NCBI RefSeq assembly: GCF_902459465.1
Contig: NC_047072.1
Span: 14,136,001-14,200,000, forward strand
Reading direction: 5' to 3'
From: Asterias rubens
Taxonomy: Eukaryota
DNA: 64,000 nucleotides
Position 1 is the first letter of the stretch; each line of letters starts with the position of its first letter. This document shows positions 47,691 to 59,870 of the stretch, one piece after another. The position numbers and the translations under genes were made by a program. The notes under the pieces are model-generated. The model had not been told where the DNA came from. It saw only the letters and a program-made list of their open reading frames with translations, and ran no database searches.

Positions 47691-48462
47691 CCTTCAAGTC
47701 TGTCTCTTTTGTAAATACATTATATTCTGTTCATACTAAGGAAATAGACCTAGGAGTAGCTGCTTCTCTTTTCTCTGGAATTTGTCTTCTGTCTACAACC
47801 CAAGATGACTTCATCTGGAGTCATGCAGACCACATGGAAAGGGAAGTATTACAAGCCAAGTAGATATTAGTTTCAATGCCACAAACCATCTGATCTCACG
47901 ATAGATGAGTCTTCAAGTTGTCTTTGATATGAAGTTGTAAATCAGTTGATAAACAAATCTTTAGATTTTACTGAGTAGTTAACATTTAACTAATGTTTAA
48001 ATTTGTTAGTTATTTACTTTTGTCTGCACTAAGTTACTAGAAGGGGAATGTTATTTACATTCATATTTTTGATATTTTGCTGTCATCACAAACAAATAAT
48101 TTTTTTAAAATGGCTTTTTAAAATGTAATAAACCTTACATTTAATGCATAGAAACGAACGATGTGTTATCATTATTTTTTAATGGTGGATTATAATGAAC
48201 CTTTCCCTTTCCTAGCAACCTGTATGTAAAAACAAAGCAAACGACAAAAGAAATTTGCTTTTGAATCTCAGACTCGTTTTCATTTGTGAGATTAGATTAC
48301 ATTGTGTTTGGACCGTTATAGCATTGAGTGCGTTGTCTCTTGAGAGATCCTGAGCTCAGAACAATAACTTTTGTGGTTTTAAGATTGTTGTAATAACATA
48401 GCTGTGATAATCAAGTTCCTTGGTCACATCCCTTATGACTATCACAAGAATCTTGAGCTTAC

Positions 48463-48640
48463 TTATAGACCTTATGCATTGACGTCATCCAGCCGCAATC
48501 CTAGAGGTAAAACGGTGACAAAACAATCAAAGCGCACAGATTTATACGTGCGCACACAGGATTGGCCAATGAACAACTGCCTTTTGACCTCTGGGTGAGG
48601 GCACCCTACTGAATTGGCGTCATGTGCATAATGTCTATTG
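48463..48640. mobile_element. Unclassified MITE (ATAGACCTTATGCA termini)
   Basis: atagaccttatgcattgacgtc / ggcgtcatgtgcataatgtctat inverted termini. Confidence 0.55.
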
Positions 48641-51600
48641 AATAGTGTTCCTAAATGTTTTGCCCTTGAATGTCTCACTCTTGTGTTATGATTTATAAAT
48701 CCAATATATGATTGCTGTGCTCAAAAAGTGTTGCCCATTATGAAGTCACAAAGCCATTAGAAGGGTTTACTGTCTTTAGGGTAACCATTCGCTGCAACCA
48801 CCTTTGACCTCATCACCAGTGATTCTCTCATAGGTAGGTCAAGCAGTCCGCGGCTACTAGCTAGTTAAAGCCAAAACCAAGGCCAGAAAGCTCGTTTACC
48901 GCCCTGTGTAAAAGTATTTTTGAAACGGCTGGCTTATCTGAAGCCCCGGAAACGGGTTCCAATGGACAGAAACAATGTGGAACTGCCAGGCTTTGTCTGT
49001 AAGTGCTTTACACATCGTCTGATTGTAATTAAGCATGACGCCTTATAATGTGTTCAGCAGTTTGTTCAAACGCGCATTGGGGTTGGAGGTTGAGCATGAA
49101 GCTGAGTCCGCAGTTTCGAAAAGGCTTGTGGTTGAGGGGGTGGTATAAAGGAGACTGTTTAAAAAGAAAATCCAATAAATTTGACGGGTCCCCTGTCTTT
49201 ATCCGCAGACATGCACTGACTGTGTTTTCAGGCCCACAAATGATATCAGTCGATCAGTCGTTTGTCACCGACCAGCAATAACAATTCTGAATAACAGTTT
49301 ATTAAACTATAGCAAGATTCAGAGCTTGCAATACATGCAAACAGGCCACTTCACATCCAAAAGGTTTCCTTGTTCTGTGCCCTCTAATTCCATTTGGGTG
49401 ATAATTTGTATGTGTGATTAGCACTGCATTGAAATATACATGCAATGTTGGTGTGAGAACTCGGGAAATAACAGGGATGTCATTTATGTTAGTGTCATTG
49501 TTTACCGTTTTTTTCTGCTGGCTCCTCTGAAGTTCTTCATGTTTTTGTAGTTTACATTTTGTTTAGTATAAATAGTATTTATGGAGTTGAGGAGAGGGAA
49601 GCTTGCTGGAGATACAAATAGCTTAGAAAGTCTTGGTTATCAATTAATATTTGTCAAACATTTTATAGTAAAAGGAGGTTTGTAAGTACCCTCTTGCTCT
49701 TCATTGTTGTTTGTGTATGTGATTTTTATACACAGAATAGTTGTCCTTTGTTTACAAAAGCAATTTTTTTGTAAGTTATATGGGTCCCAACAATAAGGGT
49801 CAACTTAAAGTTGCTCACATGTTAAAACCATTGCAGTACAGAGACAAACAAACTGTTTACGTTTAAAGATCTTAAGTAATTAAGTGATATAATATGAATA
49901 CAATTCTAACTTTAAAACTAGAAAAATAGTTTGGAAAACAACATGTGAGTTTCTTTACCCTCAAACTGTATGTTGTATTTTGTTTTTTGTTTTTTGTTTA
50001 TGTAGTCAAAAAGTTTGATGCATCAGTTACCATGTCTGTAATTAAAAGTCAGTGTTATATGTATGTCTTTCTTTTTGGTGCTTTGAGGACAAATACAATG
50101 TACAGAAAATATACTTTCGAACACATGTTATACATAATGAATATTCAATAACCCTTTTTAATATTCATCAGGACCAAATCTTGCAGTTACAATTTGTACT
50201 TCAGCATACAAACTTAATAAAACCAATGAGTATTCCTGTTGTAGAGACAAACTGTTTCCACAAAATCTGCATTATAGTTTTTGTTTATAAAATAGGGTGA
50301 TACTAACAGTTATATCAGGCAGTAACGATAAATAAAGATTTACCAACATATTAAATGCTTTAACTATTTATTTTTTGTATTGCAAAACTGCCAAGGCTTT
50401 GATTACAAGCCTTGATCCATCTTTCAAAAGTCATATGTTTACTTTTTGGGGGTTTTTGTGGTCGGATATCACTTGAAATAGCACTGCCTGGGGACCTTAT
50501 ATTCAGAAAGATAAAACACTCTCAGCTCAATTTCACTTTAAAGCCAAAATATTGACAATTCAAAAGAAAAATGCCTATTTTTGGTAATTTTTTACCCAGG
50601 GCTGATGAACTGAGTGCGATGGTATAGATTAAAAATGATAATTGAAAAAACATTTACACAGTCCGCAAAGTGAAAAGATCTATACAGCCAAATTGCAAGT
50701 TCTTGATGCAAAAAGGTAAAAGAAAAAGCTAATGAATGGCACAAATAATAAGCTTTTTCAGTTAGTATCTCTTTTGGGATAAATACTTCCAGTCGGTTGG
50801 TTGGTTTAATTGGCAAAAACTAAGCAAATAAGGTTGTCACCGAAAGTTATGAGATGGTCAGGCATGTTTGAATCATGCAGGGAAAATCCTGTTTTCTGTT
50901 GTCGATTGATGTCGAACCGATGTCGATTGGTTATCAACATCAAACTTGTACAAAATTCATGTTCCTCAGATCAATTATATCAGTGAAGTTTTTGCCAAAA
51001 ATGTTCAAATAAGAAGAGGGAAGTTAACTAACTTTTTCTTCATCCAATGGTATAGTTTACTTTTAAACTGAGATGATTTCTTTTCCAGAGTTCCTCAAAA
51101 AGAGATTAAAGTGTTGTTTGAGGAGATTTGGCTCAACTTCAAATGAGATTTGTTGCCCCAAGTTGCCCAGTTTTAATTATTTTGTTTAGTTTATTGTAAC
51201 TTAAAGTTTATTCAAACTTATTTGAATGTTTTCCAGTATTGAGTCACTTGAGTAATCATTGGTTGTATTTGAACAAGTCCAGAACCACAAATAAACAACT
51301 GTCTGTTCTTCCAAGATGTCTACAGTCGGGTGTGAATGTCTCAGCTATAACTAATGTTTTAGTCCAAACGAGTTGTTCAAGTCCCACTCTAGTAAATCTT
51401 TTTTTGTTCAACCATCTTTCCTTCCTCCATGGTTCAACCCCAAATTATTTAAGTAAAACATTCCTCCATGAGTAAAATCATTATTTCATTCATGTACCAG
51501 AAATCTTTGTGTGATAGGACAAAAACAAATGATGTAAAAGCATTTTTTTGTATTTTTACAATCAACTTTGTTAATTTGTTTGTTAACCGCTCTCTGTGTA

Positions 51601-53194
51601 TTTTTTTCTTTAACTGGCTGAAACATTCTACCTATTCCTCATAACGTTTTTCTCGGTTCTTGTATTGTGCCTGCCGGTGGCGGCTCGTCACTCCATTATG
51701 TTACTTCTATTTTGAAACCAAACGTGTTCCCGATAAAGCATTCTACTGGAAAATGACAATTTAAAGGGGATTGGGGTAGTTTATAATCGAAATTTTATGT
51801 TGATACCATCATTTCTAATCAACTAATGCTATTTTTGTATGACGTGCAGCGTCTTTTTGATGCTTTTATTTTTTGAGATAGAGACCAATAAAAGGTCATA
51901 CCGCCCTCTGTTGACAAACAGTGGTTTTTCGTGAAATTAAAGGCCCTGTGTGTCACACGTGTTGAGTAAAGCTAAAGGTCTGCGAGATTGACATGAACAT
52001 TTGAATTTCTAAAAAATTGCAGAAATTACTTCTTTGTTTGTGCTAGCAACATCCTTCACTACAGAATTCCAAACAACATAGAGTTAATAAGGTGAGGTGA
52101 TAAGGTGTGTGTAGTTGTTGTTTTTAAATGTGAGTGAGTACAATTTGCAAGTTTTGGCGCGCACAGTAGAAGGAAACTGGTCAATGACGACCCATCACTT
52201 CTATACTGCTGTACTTCCTCGTCCCAAAATTTTAACATCTTCTGTGGTCTGAAATTTCACATCTTCGGGCGTACTAGCACGACCGAAGATGAAAACATTT
52301 CTTTAAAAGTCAAAAAACAGTAAACCTCCCAGTAAATGGGTCGGATCTGAGACGGCCGGTATTTTCGAGGAAAAACAAAAATGCACAACAAATTTGCTAA
52401 AATTTGATTTTTATTGCTTGTGTTGTGGTTGTGATTTGTTAAATTTTAAGCCCGAGTTTGATTAAACTGCTGAGCCCCTTTTTTCGTTCCTTTTTCTCCC
52501 CCCAATTTGGGGGGAGAAAAGGGAACGAAAAGGGGGCTGGGGCCCAAAATTTGATAAACCTGCTGGACGAACATCTTGGGGCTTTTTTCATTTTTTTGGG
52601 GCCCAAATTTGATGCTGGACTTGCCCCTTTTGACTTTTTCAAATTTGTTGCCAATAACAAAAACTGCATCATTTTCATGTTTGGATCTTTTGTCTCTTTC
52701 AGGTCGTCACTCATGTTGTTGTGAAGCCATCTATTTGTCGCACAGACTATGAAACTGACTATGGTGACAAGTTCATCTCCAAGGCAATTTAAACAACAGG
52801 TAAGCTGTGTATATAAACCAGGATTTGTGTTGAGATCAAAACACCGCATTTTAAATATTTGGAAAAGGCAGCCCTCAGAATACTAACTTTCCAAACCCCC
52901 TTTAAAAAGCAAATATTTGAAAATACAACTAGCACGAAGCACCTATGCAAACATAATTGAAGTGGAATCACTCACTGCATTTTCTTGATAAACTGCTGGA
53001 CTTACGCCTTATCGTTTTTGTTTTGTTGATATTAACTGCATTATTTTCACGTTTGGATCTTTGGTCTATTCTTTCAGGTAATAACTCATGTGAAGCCATC
53101 TCTTTGTTGCACAAACTATAAACAAGTTCATCTCCAAAGGAATTTGAATAAAAGGTAAGCTGTGTATATAACAAGGGTTTGTGTTGCGACAAAG

Positions 53195-53785
53195 CTAAAG
53201 GAACATTACAGAATTGGTTTTTGCTAACAAAACAGTTCCTGGCAGTGGAGGTACTTAACCCTTAAGTTAGAAGCCGGTCGCTAGTGACCACCCAGAACAT
53301 GTCAAACTGGACTTTTATAAACAGTCATAACTTAAAAACTAAACCCCAAATATAGCGCCCTCATTTAGATCTTTTAGAGCGAGTGTTGAGCTTTCGTTTG
53401 GTGTGATGTTCAACAGGAGGTGCTATTAATTTTGTTAAAGAAAAACACAGTTGAACATTCTTTTTTTTTTGCTTTTAAAAAATTAATCTGTGCACCCATG
53501 GTTTAATGTTATCCATCCATACATAAACTGACAATTTTGAGATCGATCGGCCATCTGGGTCAGTGAACAAATAGCTACACATTTTGCATGACATTGATAA
53601 CAACAAACTGATTAAAACGCTCACTTAACGATACACTCCAAAATGGTAAATTATTTTGATTTATTTCTCATCAAATATGACATTTCAGACAGAAATATTT
53701 TAAGGGATGTTTTCTGCTATCATCGTCATTAAATCTGTGATCTTAGACAAGTTTTTTTCTTACCAATTCTGTAATGTTCCCTTAA
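53195..53785. mobile_element. Kolobok-type MITE family 5
   Basis: ctaa-AGGAACATTACAGAATTGG...CCAATTCTGTAATGTTCCC-TTAA. Confidence 0.75.
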
Positions 53786-54019
53786 ATGTAAGGTTAAATA
53801 TTTGGAAGAGTAGAAGTATGTGATCGATGGCCATCTAGGTCAGTGAACAAGATAACACATTTTGCATGACACCAATAAAAAAAAATTAAAAAAATGCTCA
53901 CTGAACTCACTGAGCGATCAACTCAGAAATACTAAATATTCCCCCCCCTTTAATAAAAAATGGATTGAAAATGCAACAAGCACCTATGCATACATACTTG
54001 AAGTGGAATCCTTGCATAT

Positions 54020-54379
54020 GTTTGGTAATTGTCAAAGACCAGTGTTCTCACTTGGTGTATCCCATCATATTCATAAAATAACAAGCCTGTGAAAATTTGG
54101 GCTCAATATTGGTCATCGAAGTTGCGAGAAAATGATGAAAGGAAAACACCCTTGTTGGGCATATTTGTGTGCTTTCAGATAGGAATAAAAGACTTCTAGC
54201 TAGAAGTCTTTTAATATTTTAGTGAGAAATTACCTCTTTCTCAAAAACTACGTTACTTCAGAGGGAGCCGTTTCTTACAATGTTTTATACTATCAACAGC
54301 TCTCCAATGCTCGTTACCAAGTCAGTTTATAAGTTAATATTTGTTCTGAGTAATTACCAAATGTGTACCTTCCCTTTAA
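54020..54379. mobile_element. Kolobok-type MITE family 1 (subfamily B), left TIR eroded
   Basis: Body homologous to 41323-41694; ends GTGTACCTTCCCT-TTAA. Confidence 0.85.
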
Positions 54380-55101
54380 ATCTAATTATTTTTGTCCTTA
54401 TTATGAGTACAATACATTTTAACACCAGGGACAATTTAACACAATTTTTGAGCCTATCTAACTTATTAATTTTACTATCTAAAGTTCTTCTGAATTAATT
54501 CACTTTGGATACAGAAGGAATTAGGACTGCAAGGGTTACATTTAAGTTAACTTTGTGATAAACCATACATTAATTTAATAAAGAAATATGAAATATGATG
54601 AATTTGTGGATGAAGTGAACTGTGAGGATTGTAGGATTCTCTGCAGAGTTATTTGGGAGAAAATATCACAAGGCAGTTTTTGGCCGGGCAAAACATTTTT
54701 AGCAACATTTTCATGATTTATTAAATATTCCAATCTTTTCTTTCAGATTGCTGTTCATCGGACATCAACTACCAGTACGTTTATTTATACAAGGAGTGTC
54801 TTAAATAGTTTTCAAGATCTGGTAAGACTCGATTGCCATAAGTAAATGGTCATTCATTATTATCAGTATTTTCCTGGTAGTACAGTAAACACAAACACGA
54901 GGTAACAGTGTCTTTGTACATCATTCTATTCTTAAAAGTAAAGAGACATGACTGAAAAGAAAAAAAAATATTTGAAAGTATTGGGAAAAGTTCATATTCT
55001 GGAAACATTACTGTTCACTGTACTACCTTAATAATATTGACCTTTTTGGATGGCTGGAATAAGTTTATCTCTAAATGAATTCTATACGATAAAATTAGTG
55101 T

Positions 55102-55439
55102 TTAAAGATGCTATGTCATATTTTTGGCCGATTTGACCAACAAATTTTGATTTAAAATTCAATAGGTTTTTTGATGGGGGTCGAGAAAGTTACAAGCTTT
55201 CATTTGAGCCATTGCTCGAAAAAGTCTGCCAATTATTAGAAGCAGTGAAATAAAGTGCTCAAAATTAGTTTTTGTCGGGATCCCGACAACATATCATGTG
55301 ACCAATTCTTATGTATTTTATAAGAAACGTTTGAAGTTTTTGTCCATTAAAAGTAAAATTTAAACCTTGAAATACCATTCACTCCAAAAAAAAATATTTT
55401 TTAATGTTTGGGGCAAAAAATCTGACAGAGCATCTTTAA
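55102..55439. mobile_element. Kolobok-type MITE family 4
   Basis: TTAA-AGATGCTATGTCATATTTTTT...AAAAAATCTGACAGAGCATCT-TTAA. Confidence 0.75.
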
Positions 55440-56199
55440 CAAATATATTAGCAGTACATACATTCAAATGGTATATGTTGTCATAGCCTTTTGCATTACC
55501 AGGATGCGTAAACAAGAATTGAACAAATGATTGGTTTCAATTTAAAAACATAATTGCTCGATGATTTTAAAGATCATACCAGTGCAATCCTCCAACCTCC
55601 AAAGATTTAATTTCATGTGAAATACCTTCAAAGTCAAGGATATGGCGTTTAATGGTTGAATTTGAGGAAATAGAAATTAAATTTCCTATAAATGACTGGT
55701 TGCTGATTTTGATCGGCACAATAAAATGACAAATTTGAGTATGTACAAAATCTGCCTTATGAAAACAGGCAATATATATCTAATTGTTTTCACAAAATTG
55801 TGATTAGGATGAAATTTTATCACTTTGGTTCTATGGTATAACGTCAGAGCATTTTTCAAATTTCATACTCAAATTGGAGGATCCTTCTTTTAAAAGAAGG
55901 TAGGCCTAGAAATTTTTCTTACAATAATTCATTATAATTGCAAATACTGGCATAAATGTTTTTATTATCAAATTCATTTAAGTGTTATTTATGATTCATT
56001 GTAGGCTTTTGTTAGGCTTGTTTTTGTAAATAAACAACTATCTTTGATTGTATTTTGCTTGGTGTCAAACGTCTAGTAAACCAACTTTAGTTGCCTCTGA
56101 CCTTTCCACAATCCCTTTGAAGACCCAATGTAGTCCCTACCTGATGTCTATTTTTTAAAATAAAAATGTTAACCTGGAATTTACTGAGTCAAATTTGAC

Positions 56200-56820
56200 T
56201 GAAATTTACCAAGTACAAACTTCCCCTTAGAAGACACTACCAAAACCCCATCCAATATCCAGTCACTGCATCCCATTACTTACTATTGAGCTAAATGAGT
56301 GAAATTTACCAAGTACAAACTTCCCCTTAGAAGACACTACCAAAACCCCATCCAATATCCAGTCACTGCATCCCATTACTTACTATTGAGCTAAATGAGT
56401 GAAATTTACCAAGTACAAACTTCCCCTTAAAAGACACTACCAAAACCCCATCCAATATCCAGTCACTGCATCCCATTACTTACTATTGAGCTAAATGAGT
56501 GAAATTTTCCAAGTACAAACTTCCCCTTAGAAGACACTACCAAAACCTCATCTAATGTCCAGTCACTTCATCCTATTACTTACTATTGAGCTAAATGAGT
56601 GAAATTTACCAAGTACAAACTTCCCCTTAGAAGACACTACCCAAACCTCATCCAATATATTGAGCTGATTGAGTGAAATTTTCCAAGTACAAACTTCCCC
56701 TTAAAAGACACTACCAAAACCTCATCCAATATCCAGTCACTTCATCACATTACTTACTATTGAGCTGATTGAGTGAAATTTACCAAGTACAAACTTCCCC
56801 TTAGAAGACACTACCAAAAG
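56200..56820. repeat. 100-bp tandem repeat, ~6.5 copies
   Basis: TTCCCCTTAGAAGACACTAC recurs at 56221, 56321, 56421, 56521 and 56621; one unit carries a 25-bp deletion. Confidence 0.95.
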
Positions 56821-57132
56821 TACAAATGTTCCCCCTTGTCCCAATACCTAATCATTAGTGCCTGCTGTGTATACATAATGCACTGAGCTAAGTGTGAAAA
56901 ATGTCTAAGTACAAATTTATTCTTTATATATTAGAAACAAACACATTTTGACGGGGGGACCCAATTGCTCAACAGGGTAGACCGTGCGTTAGGAACCAAC
57001 TGACCCCGGTTCAAACCCAGTGCGTGTACGCCGAACCTGAGGTCCGTGCTTAGGAAACTAGAATAAGAAAAAGCTCCTTTTGCTAAAATTTAATATTTTT
57101 AATTTAATTTGTTTTTATAAAAAGGCCTGAGT

Positions 57133-58051
57133 TACACACAGGGGAATTGAACCCAGGACCATAGCGCCTGGAGTCACTGAGTCCTTCCACTGGACCACAA
57201 ACTCCTCTTAAGAAACTTGCATCTGACGTTAATTAAAACCCTTAGAATGGACACAGGCAATGAAAAATAAAAGGAACACAGTGGGAATTGAACCCAGGAC
57301 CATAGCGCCTGGAGTCACTGAGTCCTTCCACTGGACCACAAACTCCTCTTAAGAAACTTGCATCTGACGTTAATTAAAACCCTTAGAATGGACACAGGCA
57401 ATGAAAAATAAAAGGAACACAGTGGGAATTGAACCCAGGACCATAGCGACTGGAGTCACTGAGTCCTTCCACTGGACCACAAAATCCTATCACGAAACTT
57501 GCATCTGACGTTAATTAAAACCCTTAGAATGGACACAGGCAATGAAAAATAAAAGGAACACAGTGGGAATTGAACCCAGGACCATAGCGCCTGGAGTCAC
57601 TGAGTCCTTCCACTGGACCACAAACTCCTCTTAAGAAACTTGCATCTGACGTTAATTAAAACCCTTAGAATGGACACAGGCAATGAAAAATAAAAGGAAC
57701 ACAGTGGGAATTGAACCCAGGACCATAGCATCTGGAGTCACTGAGTCTTTCCACTGGACCACCAACTCCTCTTAAGAAACTGGTATCTGACGTTAATTAA
57801 AACCCTTAGAATGGACACAGGCAATGTAAAAAAAAAAGAACACCGTGGGGTTTGAACCAGGGACCCCAACATCTGGAGTCACTGAGTCTTCCACTGGACC
57901 ACCAACTCTTTTTAAGAAACTGGTGTCCGACGTTATATTAAAACCCTTAGAATGGACACAGGCAATGTAAAAAAAAAAGTAACACACTGGGGTTTGAACC
58001 ACAGACCCCAGCATCTGGAGTCACTGAGTCCTTCCACTGGACCACCAGCTC
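57133..58051 (-). repeat. 141-bp tandem array of 7 tRNA-like (A box / B box / oligo-T) units
   Basis: Each unit on the - strand reads TGGTCCAGTGG (A box)...GGTTCAATTCC (B box)...TTTT; the period is measured from markers at 57181, 57322, 57463, 57604, 57745, 57886 and 58028. Confidence 0.9.
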
Positions 58052-58567
58052 TTTTTAGAGTTTTTTACAAATTCTTAAATATTTAAAGCAAATCCCACCA
58101 GTTTCAGGATTTGAAAATGATTGAAGTCTGATAACAAAAATCTAGCACAGACTTGCATTTTAAATAATGATAAAAATTGTATTGAGTAGTATGGTTTGTG
58201 TAAAAAGCTGCATTGTGTAAGACCTGCATTTATGTGACAAACTACTAGATTATTGAACGTGTTGACACCAATGGTATTTGCAGCTACTGTCCTGCAAGGC
58301 TCGTCATTTTGGGAGTCAAATAGCACCCCTGTACACGCCGTGTAACCCCCGCCCTGCCCAAAAGCCAGACTGTTGAACCTAACTTTCATTGCCAGAAAGA
58401 TACCCTGGTTTAGCGGATAATGTTAATGCGACTAGGCCAAGATGTAACTGTCGTGGCATCACCACATCTTCCACAATTATATCCACAGTTGTATGGAGAT
58501 GATACAGTCACCAGATTACACGTGGTTTTTAGGGGTTTGGACAAAAAAATACATTTTAAGCTCCATT

Positions 58568-59236
58568 TTAAAGACACTGGACACTATTGGTAATTGTCAA
58601 AGACTAGTCTTCACAGTTGATGTACCTCAACATATGCATAAAATAACAAACCTGTGAAAATTTCAGCTCACTCGATCGTCGAAGTTGCGAGATATTAATA
58701 AAAGAAAAAACACCCTTGTCACACCATGGTCACACGAAGTTGTGTGCTTTCAGATGCTTGATTTCGAGACCTCAAATTCTAAGTCTGAGGTCTCAAAAAT
58801 CAAATTCGTGGAAAATTACTTCTTTCTCGAAAACTACTTCACTTCAGAGAGAGCTGTTTCTCACAATGTTTTATATTATAACACCCCTAAAAAATATTCT
58901 GCCTTTTCATTGTAGAGCGCGTCACATGATATGTCTTAGTTTTAGTAGCCGTGTGATAGTGCATCGTTTGCCGTGTGATACTAGTCCGACGACTATCACA
59001 CGGCCTGCAGTACCCAGACGTCTTTTTACCCACCTCAAACCCAACCAGTTGTGCATCTGTGTATCTGAAACGCGCGTACGAACGTTACGTGTACAAAGAT
59101 GATAAATAGTATTTGTATACTATCAATAATAATAATAACAATATTTAAAAAAACCTCTCCCCATTACTCGTTACCAAGAAAGGTTTTATGATAATACTTA
59201 TTTTGAGTAATTACAAATAGTGTCCACTGCCTTTAA
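58568..59236. mobile_element. Kolobok-type MITE family 1 with a ~270-bp internal insertion (~58885-59150)
   Basis: Both TIRs and TTAA present; the body is split at the 'tttatattat...ctctccccattactcg' segment. Confidence 0.85.
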
Positions 59237-59870
59237 GGCATTGTTATATCAAAAATAATGAATATCTTGAACAATTTTAAAGATAGAAAACTCAAACCAA
59301 GAATGTTCTGCTCCTCACACTCCTTTTCACCTCTCCATGAAATATCAGACGATTTGGAAAACCAAAATTTTTCGGCCAAATTTTGAAAAAACGTCAAGGG
59401 GTAAGTCTTGCCCTTTTTTCAGTCTCGAATTTGTTTTCTCTCCTTTTTTACCTCAAAATTAAATCAAAGAAAGTCCTTTATATGTAGAGGGCAGTCGCCA
59501 AGCTATAGGTGCTTGGGACAAGGGGTTTTGACTGAAATTATGTTTTAAGCTCAATTTTAAGGCACGATTGTATCGAAAAATTATAAATATTTTCCAGCTC
59601 CATTTTAAGACATTGATTTATAAAAGTTTCAACGAAAGACGACTCAAACCAAGAATTTTCTGCTCCTTACACTCCATTTCACCCCTCTATCAAATATTAG
59701 GCGATTTGGAAATCAAAATTTTCCGGCAAATTTTGAAAAAATTTCAAGGGGCAAGTTTTTTCAGCCTCAAAATTTGTTTCTCTCCGATTAACCTAAACAT
59801 TAATTGAAAGAAAGTCATTGGTTTGTAGGCATCATTTTTGGCCCGTGTTACACGGAAATAATTAACATCT
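59237..59870. repeat. Two diverged ~310-bp tandem copies of an unclassified repeat
   Basis: actcaaaccaagaat(g/t)ttctgctcc and ccaaaatttt...aaattttgaaaaa recur at ~59290 and ~59642. Confidence 0.6.

Larger units (their letters stand above)
52091..54821 (+). ncRNA. Candidate spliced non-coding transcript or 5'UTR (donor 52091; exons 52703-52799, 53078-53154, 54747-54821)
   Basis: Three segments with a pyrimidine tract plus CAG acceptor and GTAAG donors; no sustained ORF; exons A and B are paralogous. No transcript data. Confidence 0.3.

Noticed and set aside
57133-58051. Functional tRNA-Trp(CCA) gene cluster
   Set aside because: The acceptor stem is mostly G-U pairs or mismatches and the anticodon stem is disrupted; kept as a tRNA-like repeat only.
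58075-58520. 104-aa minus-strand ORF in a slightly GC-richer patch
   Set aside because: No recognisable domain or convincing splice sites, and stop codons flank it.
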